64,000 bases of DNA from Heteronotia binoei (taxonomy: Eukaryota): positions 40,238,001 through 40,302,000 of the forward strand of contig NC_083236.1 of assembly GCF_032191835.1 (NCBI RefSeq), written 5' to 3'. A model generated the notes under the pieces. The model ran no database searches and was not told the origin of the DNA. It saw only the letters and a program-made list of their open reading frames with translations. Positions 36,600-49,104 of this stretch are shown in pieces (position 1 is the stretch's first letter; each line of letters begins with the position of its first letter). Made by a program: the position numbers and the translations under genes.

Positions 36600-36710
36600 A
36601 GATCACGAAAGGGAGGGCAGGTGGCAGTACGTTGTTTTCCTGCATCGTGCAGGGGGTTGAACTAGATTACCCTGGAGGTACTTTCCAATCTATTATTCTA
36701 TTATTCTAAA
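36600..36710 (+). mobile_element. CR1 3' terminus with (ATTCT)-type tail
   Basis: GCAGGGGGTTGAACTAGAT..TCCAATCTATTATTCTATTATTCTA. Confidence 0.7.
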
Positions 36711-36868
36711 GTTGCTATACCTTGCTTTTCATTACCTTAAGGAGTCTGAGTGAATTACAATTCCCTCCTCCCCCACAACAGGCAGCTGAGGTGGCGCTGA
36801 AAGGATTTTGACAGAACTGTGATGGGCCCAAGGTCACACAACATACTTGATATTGGAGGAATGGGGAA

Positions 36869-37392
36869 TAGGGTTGCCAGGGCCAATTCAAGAAATATTT
36901 GGGGGTGGAGCCAGGAGACTTTGGGGTTGGAGCCAGGAGACGTTGAGGGGTGAAGCTAGGAGCAAGGTTGTGACAAATAAAATTGAACTCCAAAGGGAGT
37001 TCTCGCCATCACATTTAAAGGGACCACACACCTTTTAAATGCCTTCCCTCCACTGAAAATAATGAAGGATAGGAGCACCTTCTTTTGGGCTCATAAAATT
37101 GGACGCCCCTGTTCAGTATTTTTGAAACTTGGAGGGTGTTTTGAGAAAAGGCACTGGATGCTATGCTGCAAATTTGGTGCCCCTACCTAACCCCCCCCCC
37201 AAGAGCAACCTCCCATAGAGCCCTGGATACCCACAGATCAATTCTCCATTATACCCTATGGAATCAACATAGGGAATAATGGAGTGCCCATCAGACATTT
37301 CCCTCCCCCCCCCCGCTTTCTGATTACCCTGAAGTGGGGGAGGGCCTACAAACCAGGGGATCCCCTGCCCCCACCTGGATATTGCAACCCAA
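36869..37392. mobile_element. hAT-like MITE, TAGGGTTGCCA class, 524 bp
   Basis: TAGGGTTGCCAGG...TTGCAACCCAA termini; internal GGTGGAGCCAGGAGAC duplication. Confidence 0.7.
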
Positions 37393-37399
37393 AAAGAGT

Positions 37400-38997
37400 A
37401 ACATGAAATGAAGCACAGGTATACAGCCAAAGGCATCCACATAAAGAGAAACCTCAATAATTTAAATGATTTATATAACGAAAAATTATACGTATATACA
37501 AACACATATATAAAAAGCATCAAATAAAGTGCAAGTAGAGACCACTCCCATATACAATTCAAGTACTCATAGCAGATAGTCCATTCTTTCAATTTCAAAA
37601 TCCGGGATGTGGTATAAAGAGCCGTAGAGCAGAACAGAGTCCAACGCTCCACGTCCTCTTTTAGCCAGTGGAAATGATGAAAGCAGCAAGGCAAAGGTGC
37701 GCAACAGGGATGCGCTATATGCCCTGTTTCACATAAGGCTTCTATGAGCTGTGTGAATGAAATATTAAAAATCACCAGCAAATCTTGTAATTCAAAGGTT
37801 ACACAAAAAAAATTCAGTAATACATACCTTCAAATAACACTTAACAATTCATAATGGAGACCAACGCTCCAACCATTCTGCAGACAAGAAACGGCATACA
37901 ATTACAGACCACAATGCACTTTTAAATGCCAGGTGTTGACAATCAAGACAATTTCTTAAAGTCCTAGACAGAAAATCTACAGCGATATTCCAAATCCATT
38001 AATACAACTTATAAAAAGCACAACGGGTCCCAATCACTATTCAGCCCATTGGGCATCAATAAGTTCAGTTTAAAGATCCAGCGCATTTCTTGTTTCAACA
38101 GCCACTTATTCATATCTACTTTTCCATGAAGCCACGTAGGGAATTTTTCCACAACAAAGAATCTCAAATCATTAGGCTCGTGTTTCAGTGTTCGAAAATG
38201 ATCTGTAAGTGGAGCTTCAAGAACAATTTTTTTTATGTGAGATTTATGTACCAAGACATGGATATGCACTGTGCGTCTTGTACTGCCACAATATATTTTT
38301 GAACAGGGACATAAAATAATATAGATGCAGCTTTTTGTTGCACAGGTTGTAGTATCCTTTAATTTTATTTTAAAACCTGTTGTGGGATGTAAAAACTCAT
38401 GGAGTTCCAGAGATAAAGGGCAAGCGGCGCATGTCCCGCATTTATGGTGCCCCCCATGGTGTAAGTTACAGCTGGTGTTTTTTTAAAGTCAGACCGTACC
38501 AGAATGTCCGACAAGTTCCTAGTTCTATGATATCCAATTTTAGGAAAATTGCTGCATCCAAGCAGATCTTTCACTAAAAACCAGAATTTCTTAAGAATAT
38601 TTTGGATAGGGTAAGAGAGGGGAGAGAAATGAAAAGCACAGGTTAATCTGTTATCTGCACTTAAACTCCTAGTCTCATTTTGAATACGTTTGGACAACAT
38701 TGTATCGCGTGGCATATTATTGACTTTTCTGCAGGCCTTAACCAAAGTTTGTTCCAAATAACCTCTCAATTTAAATTGTTCACAAACTCTATTTTTTTTC
38801 AACTTCATAATCTCCCATCTGAGTAGAATTACGTTTAGCTCTTATTAACTGTGAAAGAGGTAAGCTATTTTTTAAATGGCTAGGATGACAGGAGTCAAAT
38901 TTTAAAGGGACATTCTTATCGGTTGGTTTGCGATAGGTCTTAACTGCCAAGGTATTATCATCGCATTTGTAAACAATAGTGTCCAAAAAAGGCATCA
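37400..38997 (-). mobile_element. Penelope-like element (GIY-YIG type), 5'-truncated and frameshifted
   Basis: RT thumb PFLDT..YRKPTD..SCHPSHLKNSLPLSQLIRAKR; Cys-rich linker KCGTCAAC; CIYIILCPCSKIYCGSTRR (GIY-YIG) read by hand at ~38270-38360; LLKQEMRWIFKL..PNGLN C-terminus. Confidence 0.88.
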
Positions 38998-39570
38998 TAC
39001 CGGAGTACCGGATCCGTTACAAGGTGTTAGTTTTGACTTTTAAGGCCTTGCGCGGCCTGGGACCAACATACCTATGGGACCGTCTCCTCCCATATATGCC
39101 CCGGAGGTTGCTTTGTTCTTCTGATAGTCCCCGGCCCAAAAGATGCCCGTCTTGCCTCTACTAGTGCCAAAACTTTCTCGTTCCTGGCCTCGACCTGGTG
39201 GAATCAGCTCCCTATGGAGATCCGGGCCCTAGCTAGCTTGCTGGCCTTTCATAGGGTCTGCAAAACAGAGCTGTTCCGCCAGGTCTTTGGATAAGGCAGT
39301 GGGCATCTATTCATCGATCGGTTGGCCTCCCCCCTACTGCTCTGCTTCTCTACTGCACTACTGTACTGTGATGCTGCATTGTGGTACTATTTTGTGCTAT
39401 ACCACCTTGCTATCATGTCATCTTGCTGAATCATCTTGCTGTACTTTGATGAATGTTGTAATTGGTTTTATTATGATTTTTGTGACTTTATTTCTATTTG
39501 CTGTACTCCACTCTGAGCCTCCAATGGGGGAATGGATGGAATATAAATGAACAAATAATAATAATAATCT
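38996..39570 (+). mobile_element. L2 3' fragment
   Basis: YRIRYKVLVLTFKALRGLGPTYLWDRL; 3' end CTCTGAGCC..GAATATAAAT followed by (AAT)n. Confidence 0.85.
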
Positions 39571-40061
39571 GATTGTTCAAAGTAACAACAACCTGTGGAA
39601 TTGGTTTGGGGTCTCACTGTCTTTAAAAAAAACCAGTTGCTTGAAGTGAAGGCAGTGGGGAAGGGAGTGCCAATGGTACCTTCAGGGGTACCTAACCAGG
39701 AGATTTAGCAGATGTTCCCAGCAGTTTCTCTTTTATCACACAAGGGCTGTGATCACACAGTGTTGTGTATGTAGACTAAGGTTGTTTATAATTAAAGGTG
39801 TTCCTGCCTGGCTCATTGGAGCCTGCATGACTGAGCATGAGGATTCAGGAACAATGGGCAGTAGGATCCAAATCCCTGCTGTCCTGCTGCAGTCATGGGC
39901 TCCCTGCTGCTTTGAATGATCCAATGGCTTCCTAGTGTGGGAACCTTGAAGTGTATATAGTTGGCCCAGTTCTCCAGTTTTAGAGTTCAGCCTTTGCCGT
40001 GCTCTACTTAATAAAAGAGCTATGGTCACAGCAACACCGTCTCTTCATTGCATGGAACCAA

Positions 40062-40212
40062 CTATATTATACACACGAAAATAATGCAGTTTCAACCCAC
40101 TTTCAATGTATTTTCCAACTGGATTTTACTGTGTGAACTGGCAAAATCCAGTTGGAAACTACAATGAAAGTAGATTGAAACTGTATTATTAAGTGCATGT
40201 AATCGCAGTCAA
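40062..40212. mobile_element. Palindromic MITE
   Basis: ~47-bp inverted arms ATAATGCAGTTTCAACCCACTTTCAATGTATTTTCCAACTGGATTTT / AAAATCCAGTTGGAAACTACAATGAAAGTAGATTGAAACTGTATTAT; superfamily unresolved. Confidence 0.7.
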
Positions 40213-40716
40213 GAACTCAGGATCCCCCACCAATATAGAATATCATTAAATTGTTAAATCATAAAAGAAACATTTCTTCACCCATTACGCATCACTTACA
40301 GGATCCATTGCCCCAGGATCTAGAGATGGCTATGTAAAGGATTAGAAAAAAATAATGGCCTGTCAATGGCTATTACCTTTTTGCTTAATTGCAACCTCCA
40401 TTTTACTAGGTAGCATCTGTCTCAATGGTCAGGTGCTGGGGTTCAACCAATGATGTAATAGTGGTGCATTCTAGCTCTGCTTGTGACTTTTCTGCAGTCG
40501 TGTGCCTGCACACAGCTGGAAATAGGATGCTGGTGGAGACAGGCTTTGACTTGGGTCCAACAGAGCCCTGTTCACAATTTTCTGGCAAGGGCAGTTCAAA
40601 CTAGGGAAATCACGCTGTAATTTCTTAGAAACAACTTACTTATAATTAAATGTTACTGGGATCTCTGGAGTTTAGATCTAGAAAGCCAGGGTCTGAGGCT
40701 GGTGCTTTAGTCTAGG

Positions 40717-40875
40717 CAGGGGTCGCTTTGTAGAAAAATAAGTGGTGGAGTTCATCCAGGGATTGTTATGCAGCTGCACCTATTATTCAATGAACAGGGT
40801 GGGAAGGAGAAGGGGGAACCCTCAGAAAGGTTCAGGAACTGTGCTCCTGTGAGCTCCTGCTGAAATCGAGGTCTG
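40717..40875. mobile_element. hAT MITE
   Basis: CAGGGGTCG...CGAGGTCTG termini; exact 8-bp TSD AGTCTAGG at 40709-40716 and 40876-40883. Confidence 0.85.
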
Positions 40876-41534
40876 AGTCTAGGGCTCTGACATGGACCTC
40901 AGATGTCTTCTGCATACAAGTGAATAGGGACAATTGCTGGGAATGATGAAACCTTCAGATTGGTGAGGTCTCATAGAAATAAATTGCCTGCACAACAGAA
41001 TAAAGCCTTCTGCTTGCTACACTCAAGCTTTTAGATCCATCTCAGGTACCTGGAGCTCTCCATGTCTAAATGTGGATATGACTGCCCAATGGATATTGCC
41101 CAGCACTAGTGACAGATGAATATTTCCATGGTTGACCTGAGTATTTTCTCAACCTTAAGTACAGTCATATCCAAATTGCTTTTATTACAGTGATTCCAAG
41201 GCATGCATATTGTGAATTTGAAGGAGAGGGTGATGGAAACAAACTGAAAGGGTTCAAGCTGTGACTAATTGCATACATGCAGCTTTGTGCAAAATTTGGA
41301 AATAAAGAAAAAGAGAGAGAGAATTAAAGCCACATTGGTTCTATTTAGGAAATTAGACCAGGTAAATCAAAACTCCAACATTTGGGTCAAAATTCATATG
41401 AAAAGTCTATGAAAACATGTTAAAGCATATTGCTGGAACCTCCACCCCCATACTCTATGGACATAAATTTATATTGCCTTCATATAGAAAGAAAAAAAAA
41501 TCACCCATCAGCTGTTTGACTAAACCATCTAGAA

Positions 41535-41828
41535 GAGGGGTGGGCAAACTTTCTTAACACAAGAGCCACATAGAATAAATGTCAGATGTTTGAGAGCTGG
41601 AAGGCAGGAAGGCAGACCAAAGACAGGAAAATAAATGGGAGGAGGGAGAGAGTGGTAGAAAGAAAGCAGCTTTAACTTTTAATGTGTTCTCCAAGCTGCT
41701 GGCTGGCTTGGCTTGGAGAAGTAATTTATAGAGGGAAATGTCTTCTCAAAGCTAGCCGATGAGATAGTGGGGGCTTTGAGAGCCGCACAATATGTGTGAA
41801 AGCGCCACATGTGGTTTGGCCACCCCTG
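41535..41828. mobile_element. hAT-Charlie-like MITE
   Basis: GAGGGGTGGGCAAAC / GTTTGGCCACCCCTG termini; TSD ATCTAGAA/GTCTAGAA (NTCTAGAN target). Confidence 0.85.
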
Positions 41829-42629
41829 GTCTAGAATTTTATAACTTTGAATTGATATTATTGTGTCATGCTGTTAAGATGTAGAGATATAATATAGCCT
41901 CATCACTCAAGATTTCTCCTCCAGTCCCAATTGTTTTTTTTTTAGAAAAAGACAAATTAAATTCTACTAAAAAGTCTTCTTTTTCTCCCCTGCCCTGCTT
42001 TGTTTGAACCACTTTGTCCTTGGCTGCCGCGCTGCACTTTAAGACTTCACATTGAATCCTGTAAAAGCCGTAGTACGGGAAGGCAAAGCTTTTATAAAAA
42101 CACAATTGCACAAAAAAGATTTCAGGCTTTGGGGAGATATCTGATAGATAATCATGGGGTCACTTCAGTGAAGAGGCAAATACTCCCTCCCCCATCTTCT
42201 ATATCTACAATAAAAAATGAGCATTTCCCTGCCAGCATTTTTCAAAAGATCATTCAGGGAAGATTTTTTTTTTTAAACCTTGAAAGAATGATTTTGGTCT
42301 TAGCTGACTCAGACAGTACAGAGGATTTGAAAGAAAGATGCTTTTAAGAACTAGCATTGGAAAAAAAAGGGTGTTGCCTAAAATACTAGGCATTTACTTA
42401 ACAATGAAATGTGAAGCCTCTTTGATTCCTATAGACCAAGATAGCCAGAGCATGTAAGTGAAACCAAATCCTTCTCAATATACTCACTGAGGCTGGAAGG
42501 AATAGAGGCAAGCAGCCAGACATTTTCAAACATACCAAGGTCCAGCTGCAATTGAGTGGGCCTCCTATCAGCTACCAACTTTAGTGAGGTCGGAAGAAGA
42601 ACATCCAGCGCCTAGGCACCTTTCTGTTA

Positions 42630-42845
42630 TGCCTGGATCCAGACACAACTGAGAGTTGTTGCTGCCTTTGCTCTCAAGCCATAGCTGACTTATGGTGACC
42701 TTGTAAGGGTTTTCAAGGCAAGAGACATTCAGAGACGGTTTGCCGTTGCCTGCCTGCACGCTACGGCCCTGGTATTTCTGGTAATGGAGATCTCCCATCC
42801 AAATACTAGCGAGGGCTGATCCTGCTTAACTTCTGAAATTTCCCT
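42630..42845 (-). mobile_element. 5S-derived SINE
   Basis: GGGTTTTCAAGGCAAGAGAC..TTTGCCGTTGCC..TCTCCCATCCAAATACTA..CTGCTTAACTTCTGA. Confidence 0.75.
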
Positions 42846-45540
42846 CTAAGTCACACCCATCCATCAAAGAGGCAAAAAACCCAACAATGAGGTGTATGTG
42901 GGTATGTATGTGTATACACCATCAAGTTGCAACTGACTTACAAGTGACCCCAGCAAGGGTCTTCCAGGGCAAGTGAGAAGCAAAGGCTGTTTGCATTGGC
43001 TTTCTCTGCAGAATGCTCCTTGGTGGTCTCCCATTCTTGCTTAGCTTCAGGCTATACCATACTGTTTTACATCCCAAACAAGATATAGCAGCCAGTTATC
43101 CTTACATCATGTCAGGGTCCAGCTCTACCTGAGAGCCCCTTTTTCTTCTATTAACCTTCCTGAACTAAGGCTTCATCAATAATCCTCTCTACAAAACCTG
43201 CCATATTTAACTGATATTTTTAACCATCAAAAAAGCAGAGAAACATAGGGTTGAATCTAGAGGAATGTGTCCACAGAAACAAGGAGTTCCCCTCAAAGAG
43301 TATGATTTTCTTGCCTTCCCTCTCCCATGGCACCCTGATCATTTCCTCAGTCTACGATCTCTTCCAGTAACAGGATTGGGAGCATTTCAAGCTATCATGA
43401 GAGGAGGAATATCCCATGACTGTAAATCCTTATAACTGCAGAAATGTCTAGTCTGGATTCAAGCCACACCGTCAATCATATTCTCAGACTTTCTCTATAG
43501 GCTACTTCACATGTTCATATATGACCAACATAGCTATGGCATTGGCTGATGGATTGCATGTGTGAATGAGCCAGTCCTTCCAACAGATTTTGTTTTCACT
43601 TTCACTTCAAGCCCCAATGTACTACTTCATGGAGTCTGCTCCACATGGATGAACCCACTCCCTGCATCCCACACTAGCAAATTCATGTCACAGTCTTTCA
43701 GGTACTGATTACAATTCATGGATTTTTTCATATGTGAGACCAGAATGTTGGAAGAATATGGGAATCACTGTAAAAACTCAAAATCGACAGGGTTAAAGGT
43801 TTGTGGTACTTTGAGATAATCATGTCCTCTACCTCAAAAAAAGGTGCTTATTCTGAGTGGATCAGATTACTTTCCCCTTGGCTGTTCAGAAGAATTCTAG
43901 TGCTTTCAAAAGGTACTTAGGTAATTGGCAAGTGTGGGAAGAAGGAAGACAGAGAGCTGAGGATTTTTATGCTTAAAAAGCAGAATTTAACCTATGATTT
44001 TAATTGGTTTTTCTTATTGATCATATAAAAATGTGAGTATTTTGGACATTCCTTTTTTTTCTGCCTTAAGACAAGGAATGTTAGCCAAATGGCAGAATGT
44101 AAAGTAACACTTCAGTTCCTATACAGGCGATGTGGCTAGCCAACGAGACATGATTGATATTGTGCACAGGCAGGTAGAATGTACAGAGGAGAGACAAACA
44201 GAGAGAGCAAGAGGAGGAAAAGAACAGCTGGTAGAGGTGGTGGTGGTGGTAGTAGTGATGGTAAGCTTGCTGAGTAGCTTGTTGAGGCTTTGATTTTTGG
44301 TCTAGGGCTTATTCTTATAGTTACAGGCAGAAGTCTCAGGACCACCAGCTAACCCACATACATCAAGATATATTTTAAGATGTTTCTTGTGTATGCCTCT
44401 TTGTGGTAACCACATATAGGTTATGGATGGGAAACATCTCACAAAATAGCCTATGTAGTGACTGGCCCCAGGTTGCTCAATGAACTTCAGACCATTCACA
44501 TGCATAGACATGCATATAGTACAACCCTTTGGGTGTGTTAAAATAAAAGTATTTATTCCATCAGTTCTGTTGTTCAACATTATGTCACCTCACCAGTCTG
44601 TTTCTCACGAGTCTCAGGAGGGTTTGGTATGGTGGGGATCTGGTAACCTTCCTGAAAAGTATGCAGTCGTCCTGTGTGCATATAACTTGACATCTGCAGG
44701 CACCTTTGTATGTGGTTGAGGGAAAGGCAGGGGTCCCAATAATGGAAAGTGATCAATGCTCTTTCTAAGCTGTGGAGTCTTATGAGCAAAAATTCCATTT
44801 CATGAGCTACTGGCATTGAAATTGTGAGCCACTGCATAAATCAGTTTGCTCTGGAGCCATTTTTCCTGAGCTAAGACCAAAATGTGTGAGCCAGAGGCTA
44901 AAATGTGAGCTAGCTCACACTAACTCAGCTTAACACTGAAAGTGATCTCTAAATACTCAAACTTTTTTCCTCTTAGGAACTTCCACATGCTTTCCAGCAC
45001 ACACAGAGATAGAATCACAATCCCATTGCTACACTCATATGTTAATTCTTTCCACAATGTTGTCCAAACATCTCAAGGTGAATTGTAACTAGAAAATATC
45101 CCATGCCTTCAAAAGACTGAATACCTATCAAAATTCAACAAATGTGGCCTCTTCTTTCAGTGCTACAGTATATCTCCAAAATAGGGTGAACTTCTTAAAT
45201 TTCTGACTCCCACACTGTCACCAGAACCCTCTAAATTGTCACCTCATGTAGTTAATTTTCTTTTTCAAGAAACAAGAATGGGTTTTAAGGCACAGCAATA
45301 CTGACTAGAAGACACATTGATATTCAGAAGGTGAAAATGTCCATCCATTTATGGAAAAAAAAAACCCCTATCATGAGGTTTTTTAAAACATGGGAACTCA
45401 GTGGATTAAACAAGTGTGTCCCTGACCTCCTTCCTGCAGAATTCTATTTTTGTAATGTCACAAAACAGAGATACATGTGCATTCTTTTTTGCCCTTTCTC
45501 CACGTGCAAACTCTACATTTTGAGGAGCCCTGAACTGGGT

Positions 45541-45760
45541 GGCCCAGGCTAGCTCGACCTTGTCAGATCTTGGAAGCTAAGCAGAGTTGACTCTGGTTAG
45601 TACTCAGATGGGATATCACCAAGGAAGTCTTGGGTTGCTATGAAGAGGTGGACAGTGGTAATCCATGTTTGTCTCTTGCCTTGAAAACCCCATAAGGGGT
45701 TGCCATAAGTTAGCTGCAATTTGATGGGACTTCTTATACATGCACGCACACACACATTTG
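45541..45760 (+). mobile_element. 5S-derived SINE with (CA)n tail
   Basis: GTCAGATCTTGGAAGCTAAGCAG..TGGTTAGTACTCAGATGGG head, CTTGCCTTGAAAACCCC tail. Confidence 0.78.
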
Positions 45761-46827
45761 AGAAGGGATTGTGTTGAATCTGTATTTGGATACTTGCTAA
45801 CAGAAATCAAAGTAACTCATGTCTCTTTCTGGTACAGTCTCTAGTGGAGGGCTTAAAATGAGAAATATGACGTTGACTTCTTTCTTACTGGTACTCCATA
45901 GCAGCCTGTACTGGTTTACTTCCACCACTGTTTGTTATTCTAAGGGAGTAATTAAGTATGGGTTGCAATAAATATTTAAGACAGACAAAGCATGAAGCCA
46001 AATGTGCACCATGTTCATGTCTGCACAACAATGGTTACATACATTTGAGTGGATTATGAGAAAGATATGAGATGAAACGTTTGACAAAACAGAACTGAAG
46101 CAAGTGTGGAGCAGAACTGGCATTGCTCTGATCTTACAATAAGGGTGTGGGGGGGAAATCATGCACGTACACACTCAGAATAAAACTTGAGAATTTTCAT
46201 CATAGCTCTAATAAATAATATTTCTTTTCCCTGGGAAAAAAATAGCTACAAACTGATGGTTAATCTAAGTGTACTTAAGTTCCATTGATTTCAGTTTGAT
46301 TGTATTGTAATAAATGGGCAACCTGTAAGGTTCTTCAGTGTGATAGAGTTTAAGGAAAATGGACTGGATCAAATATTTATACTGTTTCTGTAATCTAATT
46401 GATGATATCTTCATCACCTTGACTAATAGGGTACTTACAAATGAGACCATTTGAGGAAAAAAAAAAGACTGCAAAATCTAATCCTTTTTCTTCTGTTTTT
46501 TCAGAGTATGGTTTCCTTGTGGCCATTCAGATAAGATTTCCCTCCCCTTTCCCTTAAATTATTTCCAACTCTCTTTAGGATTGCACAATTGACTGCGGCC
46601 TTCATGCTTCTTCCGTGACCACCATTCCCTTAGTATTTATGTTTCTTCCAAAGCTAAAGAGAATCGGAGTCTCATTTCGCTTTTTTGCTATAAGAAGCTC
46701 ACTGCATCCCTTTTGCACCACATGGCTTATGAATCTATTAAGTGAATACAGACATTCAGTACAAATGAAAACTAGAATTCACTCTGATGTGGTAAATTTT
46801 GGGCCTGTGTTTTTTTTTCCTTTTTAG

Positions 46828-47946
46828 GTATATACAAACCAACAAATGAAACCTGGTTCAAGCACGAACCAAGCAGGTTCATGGTTCGCAAACCAAGGGT
46901 TTGGCTCCCATAATCCATCCATGAGCTTCCATGTTTTCATGGATATCCATGAGGTTCATGGGAGAATTTGTGCAGGCTCCAAAGGCATTTAAATATCTTC
47001 CGAGCTTACTTCTGGGTCTGGCTGCCCAACCAGAAGTGAATTATGGAACCCACCATCGGTCCATTTCCCAAGCCAACTAAGCTTCAGGAGTGAGCTCTGA
47101 AGGCCTTTATAGGCCTATGGAGCCCACTTCCAGGGCAGCCTGACCTGGAGTTAAGCTCCAAAGGCATATAAATGCCTTTGGAGCTCACTTCCAGGTGGGC
47201 CTGCACCCTCATGAACTTCCTGAAGCACAAACCAGTTAGTGCAATGGAGAGGTTTGTGAAGTTCATGGTTCAGGTAGGGCAGGCATGTGGGAGTAGCCGA
47301 GGTAGGCAGCCATCTAGGGTGCTACCTCACCACAGGGGAAGGGGCAGGCACCCCCTCCGCCTCCCTGCTCGCTGCGACCCTGATACTCTGCATCGTTCTT
47401 TCTTCACTCCAATTGTTCAGAGTGATGAAAGAAGGATGCAAGCCCTGTCCAGCTCCCTCTGAAGTGGGAGAGGACTGGGTAAGGGGCAGGCTGAGTGTTC
47501 TTTCTTTGCTCCAAGCAATCAGAGTGATGGAACAATGATGCAGCCACTGCCCATCCCTCTTCCGGTTCAGAGAGAGCTGACTGGGCAGTGGCCACCCATG
47601 TCCTTCTTCCTTTGCTCTGATGGCTTGGAGCGGAGGAAGAAAGACGAGGCCCCTGCCCAGATTCCTCTGAAGTGGGAGAGGCTGAGCAGGGGGTGGGTTG
47701 AGTGTTCTTTCTTGGCTCTGAGTGATCAGAGCTGAGAAAGAACACTTTCGCAAAGCACGCCATCACAGTGACATCACTTTTGGGTGACGTCATCATGCCA
47801 TGTGTGCTTCGTGCGCATAATTAGAGTCCGGGGGGGGCAGGGTTTTGCCTGGGACAGCAGAACCCCTAGCACTGGGGCTAGGTTCAGGGGTTTGTGAAAG
47901 TCCTGAACCACAAACTTCCATTTTTCTGGTTCATGCCCACCCCTAG
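46828..47946. mobile_element. Composite DNA-transposon-like repeat (GAACC/GGTTC-rich, ends CATGCCCACCCCTA) with a nested hairpin-array element
   Basis: GGTTC/GAACC subterminal repeats at both ends; a similar terminus lies at ~59650-59740; inner segment 47280-47880 is an inverted homolog of 53560-54620. Confidence 0.5.
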
Positions 47947-47981
47947 TATATACTTATCATTCCCTCTCACTCCCGGCCTAG

Positions 47982-48180
47982 ATAGCCCAGGATAGCATGA
48001 TCTCATTAGATCTTGGAAACTAAGCAGAATTGACACTGGTTAGTATTTGGGTGGGAGACTACTGAGGAAGTCTAGGTTTGCTACACAGATATAGGCAATG
48101 GCAAAACACCTCTGTTCATCTCTTGCCTCAAAAACTGTATGGAGTCATCATAAGTTATCTGTGACTTGACAGTACTTTCC
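47982..48180 (+). mobile_element. 5S-derived SINE
   Basis: 5S-like head and GGCAATGGCAAAACACCTCTG. Confidence 0.72.
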
Positions 48181-48248
48181 GCCACCACTTACATTTTTTT
48201 TGGTGGGGGGGGGCAAGCAACTGTTTGCAAATACATTGAGAGCAACTT

Positions 48249-49086
48249 TAGACAAATTCTTGGTTTGCCAAAATGTGTGTCCTACTTTGCTCTCTGCTCT
48301 GAAGTGGGTCAGTCTTTGGTGGAGACAAAAGCCTGGATTGCAGTGTTTAAATTCTGGCTCAAAATTCATTTTAGAACAGATCCCAACAGCCTTCTTGATT
48401 GTATGAAAAGAGACCCATATATTTCATCCTGGACAGCAGTGCTTCTGTCTAAACTCAATCAATTGGGGTTAGAGGTAGATGATTTTTCTACCGCTGATGA
48501 GTCATATGTCTTCAGATGTATTAAACTGAGACTATGGGAATCGGAGGAAATGAAATTACGGCCAACTGACCCTTATATTTGCTCTCCAGCTTCCTTAGGT
48601 CTTTATGCTTTTTGTGGCAAAATGCCCAATTATCTATCAGACCTAACCACTCCAAGTCATCGCAGGGCATTTATGTTGGCTAGACTAAACGCGTTTCCCT
48701 CCAAAGTTTTACAAGGGAGATATCAGCGAGTCCCTTTAGCCGACAGACTTTGCTCCTGTGGAGCAAATACCCCTGACTCAATCCAGCATATATTGCTTGA
48801 TTGTTCTTTATACCATAACCTCCATAAAGATTTATTTGGCAAGCTTTCTTTTTCTCCAGATTTGTCTATTCTGCCACCCTGTTATTATTTATTGAGTGAT
48901 ACTGAGGGGGTGGTTAGTGAGGCTGTGGCAAAATTTCTGGCTGACATCCTTAAATTTAATTCTGACCATGTTTGAATGCATCTGTAAGCTTGGTTTTATT
49001 TTGATTTTATCTCCAATGTTTAAATTTTTATATTCTGTGTATTTTTATCTGAATCTATTATGCCATTAAAGGTTTGGTATGGTATG
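48249..49086 (+). mobile_element. RTE-X-like LINE 3' end, 5'-truncated, (GGTAT)n tail
   Basis: ORF 48166-48975 with RRAFMLARLNAFPSKVLQGRY..CSC..HILLDC; ATTAAA then GGTATGGTATG; exact 11-bp TSD GAGAGCAACTT at 48238-48248 and 49087-49097. Confidence 0.82.
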
Positions 49087-49104
49087 GAGAGCAACTTGCG
49101 GCTC

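Noticed and set aside
44136-44345. Proline/leucine-rich ORF
   Set aside because: Produced by (GGT)n and GA-rich low-complexity sequence
45541-45640. 5S rRNA gene
   Set aside because: Diverged 5S-like head fused to a SINE tail and dispersed in many copies; not a 5S array
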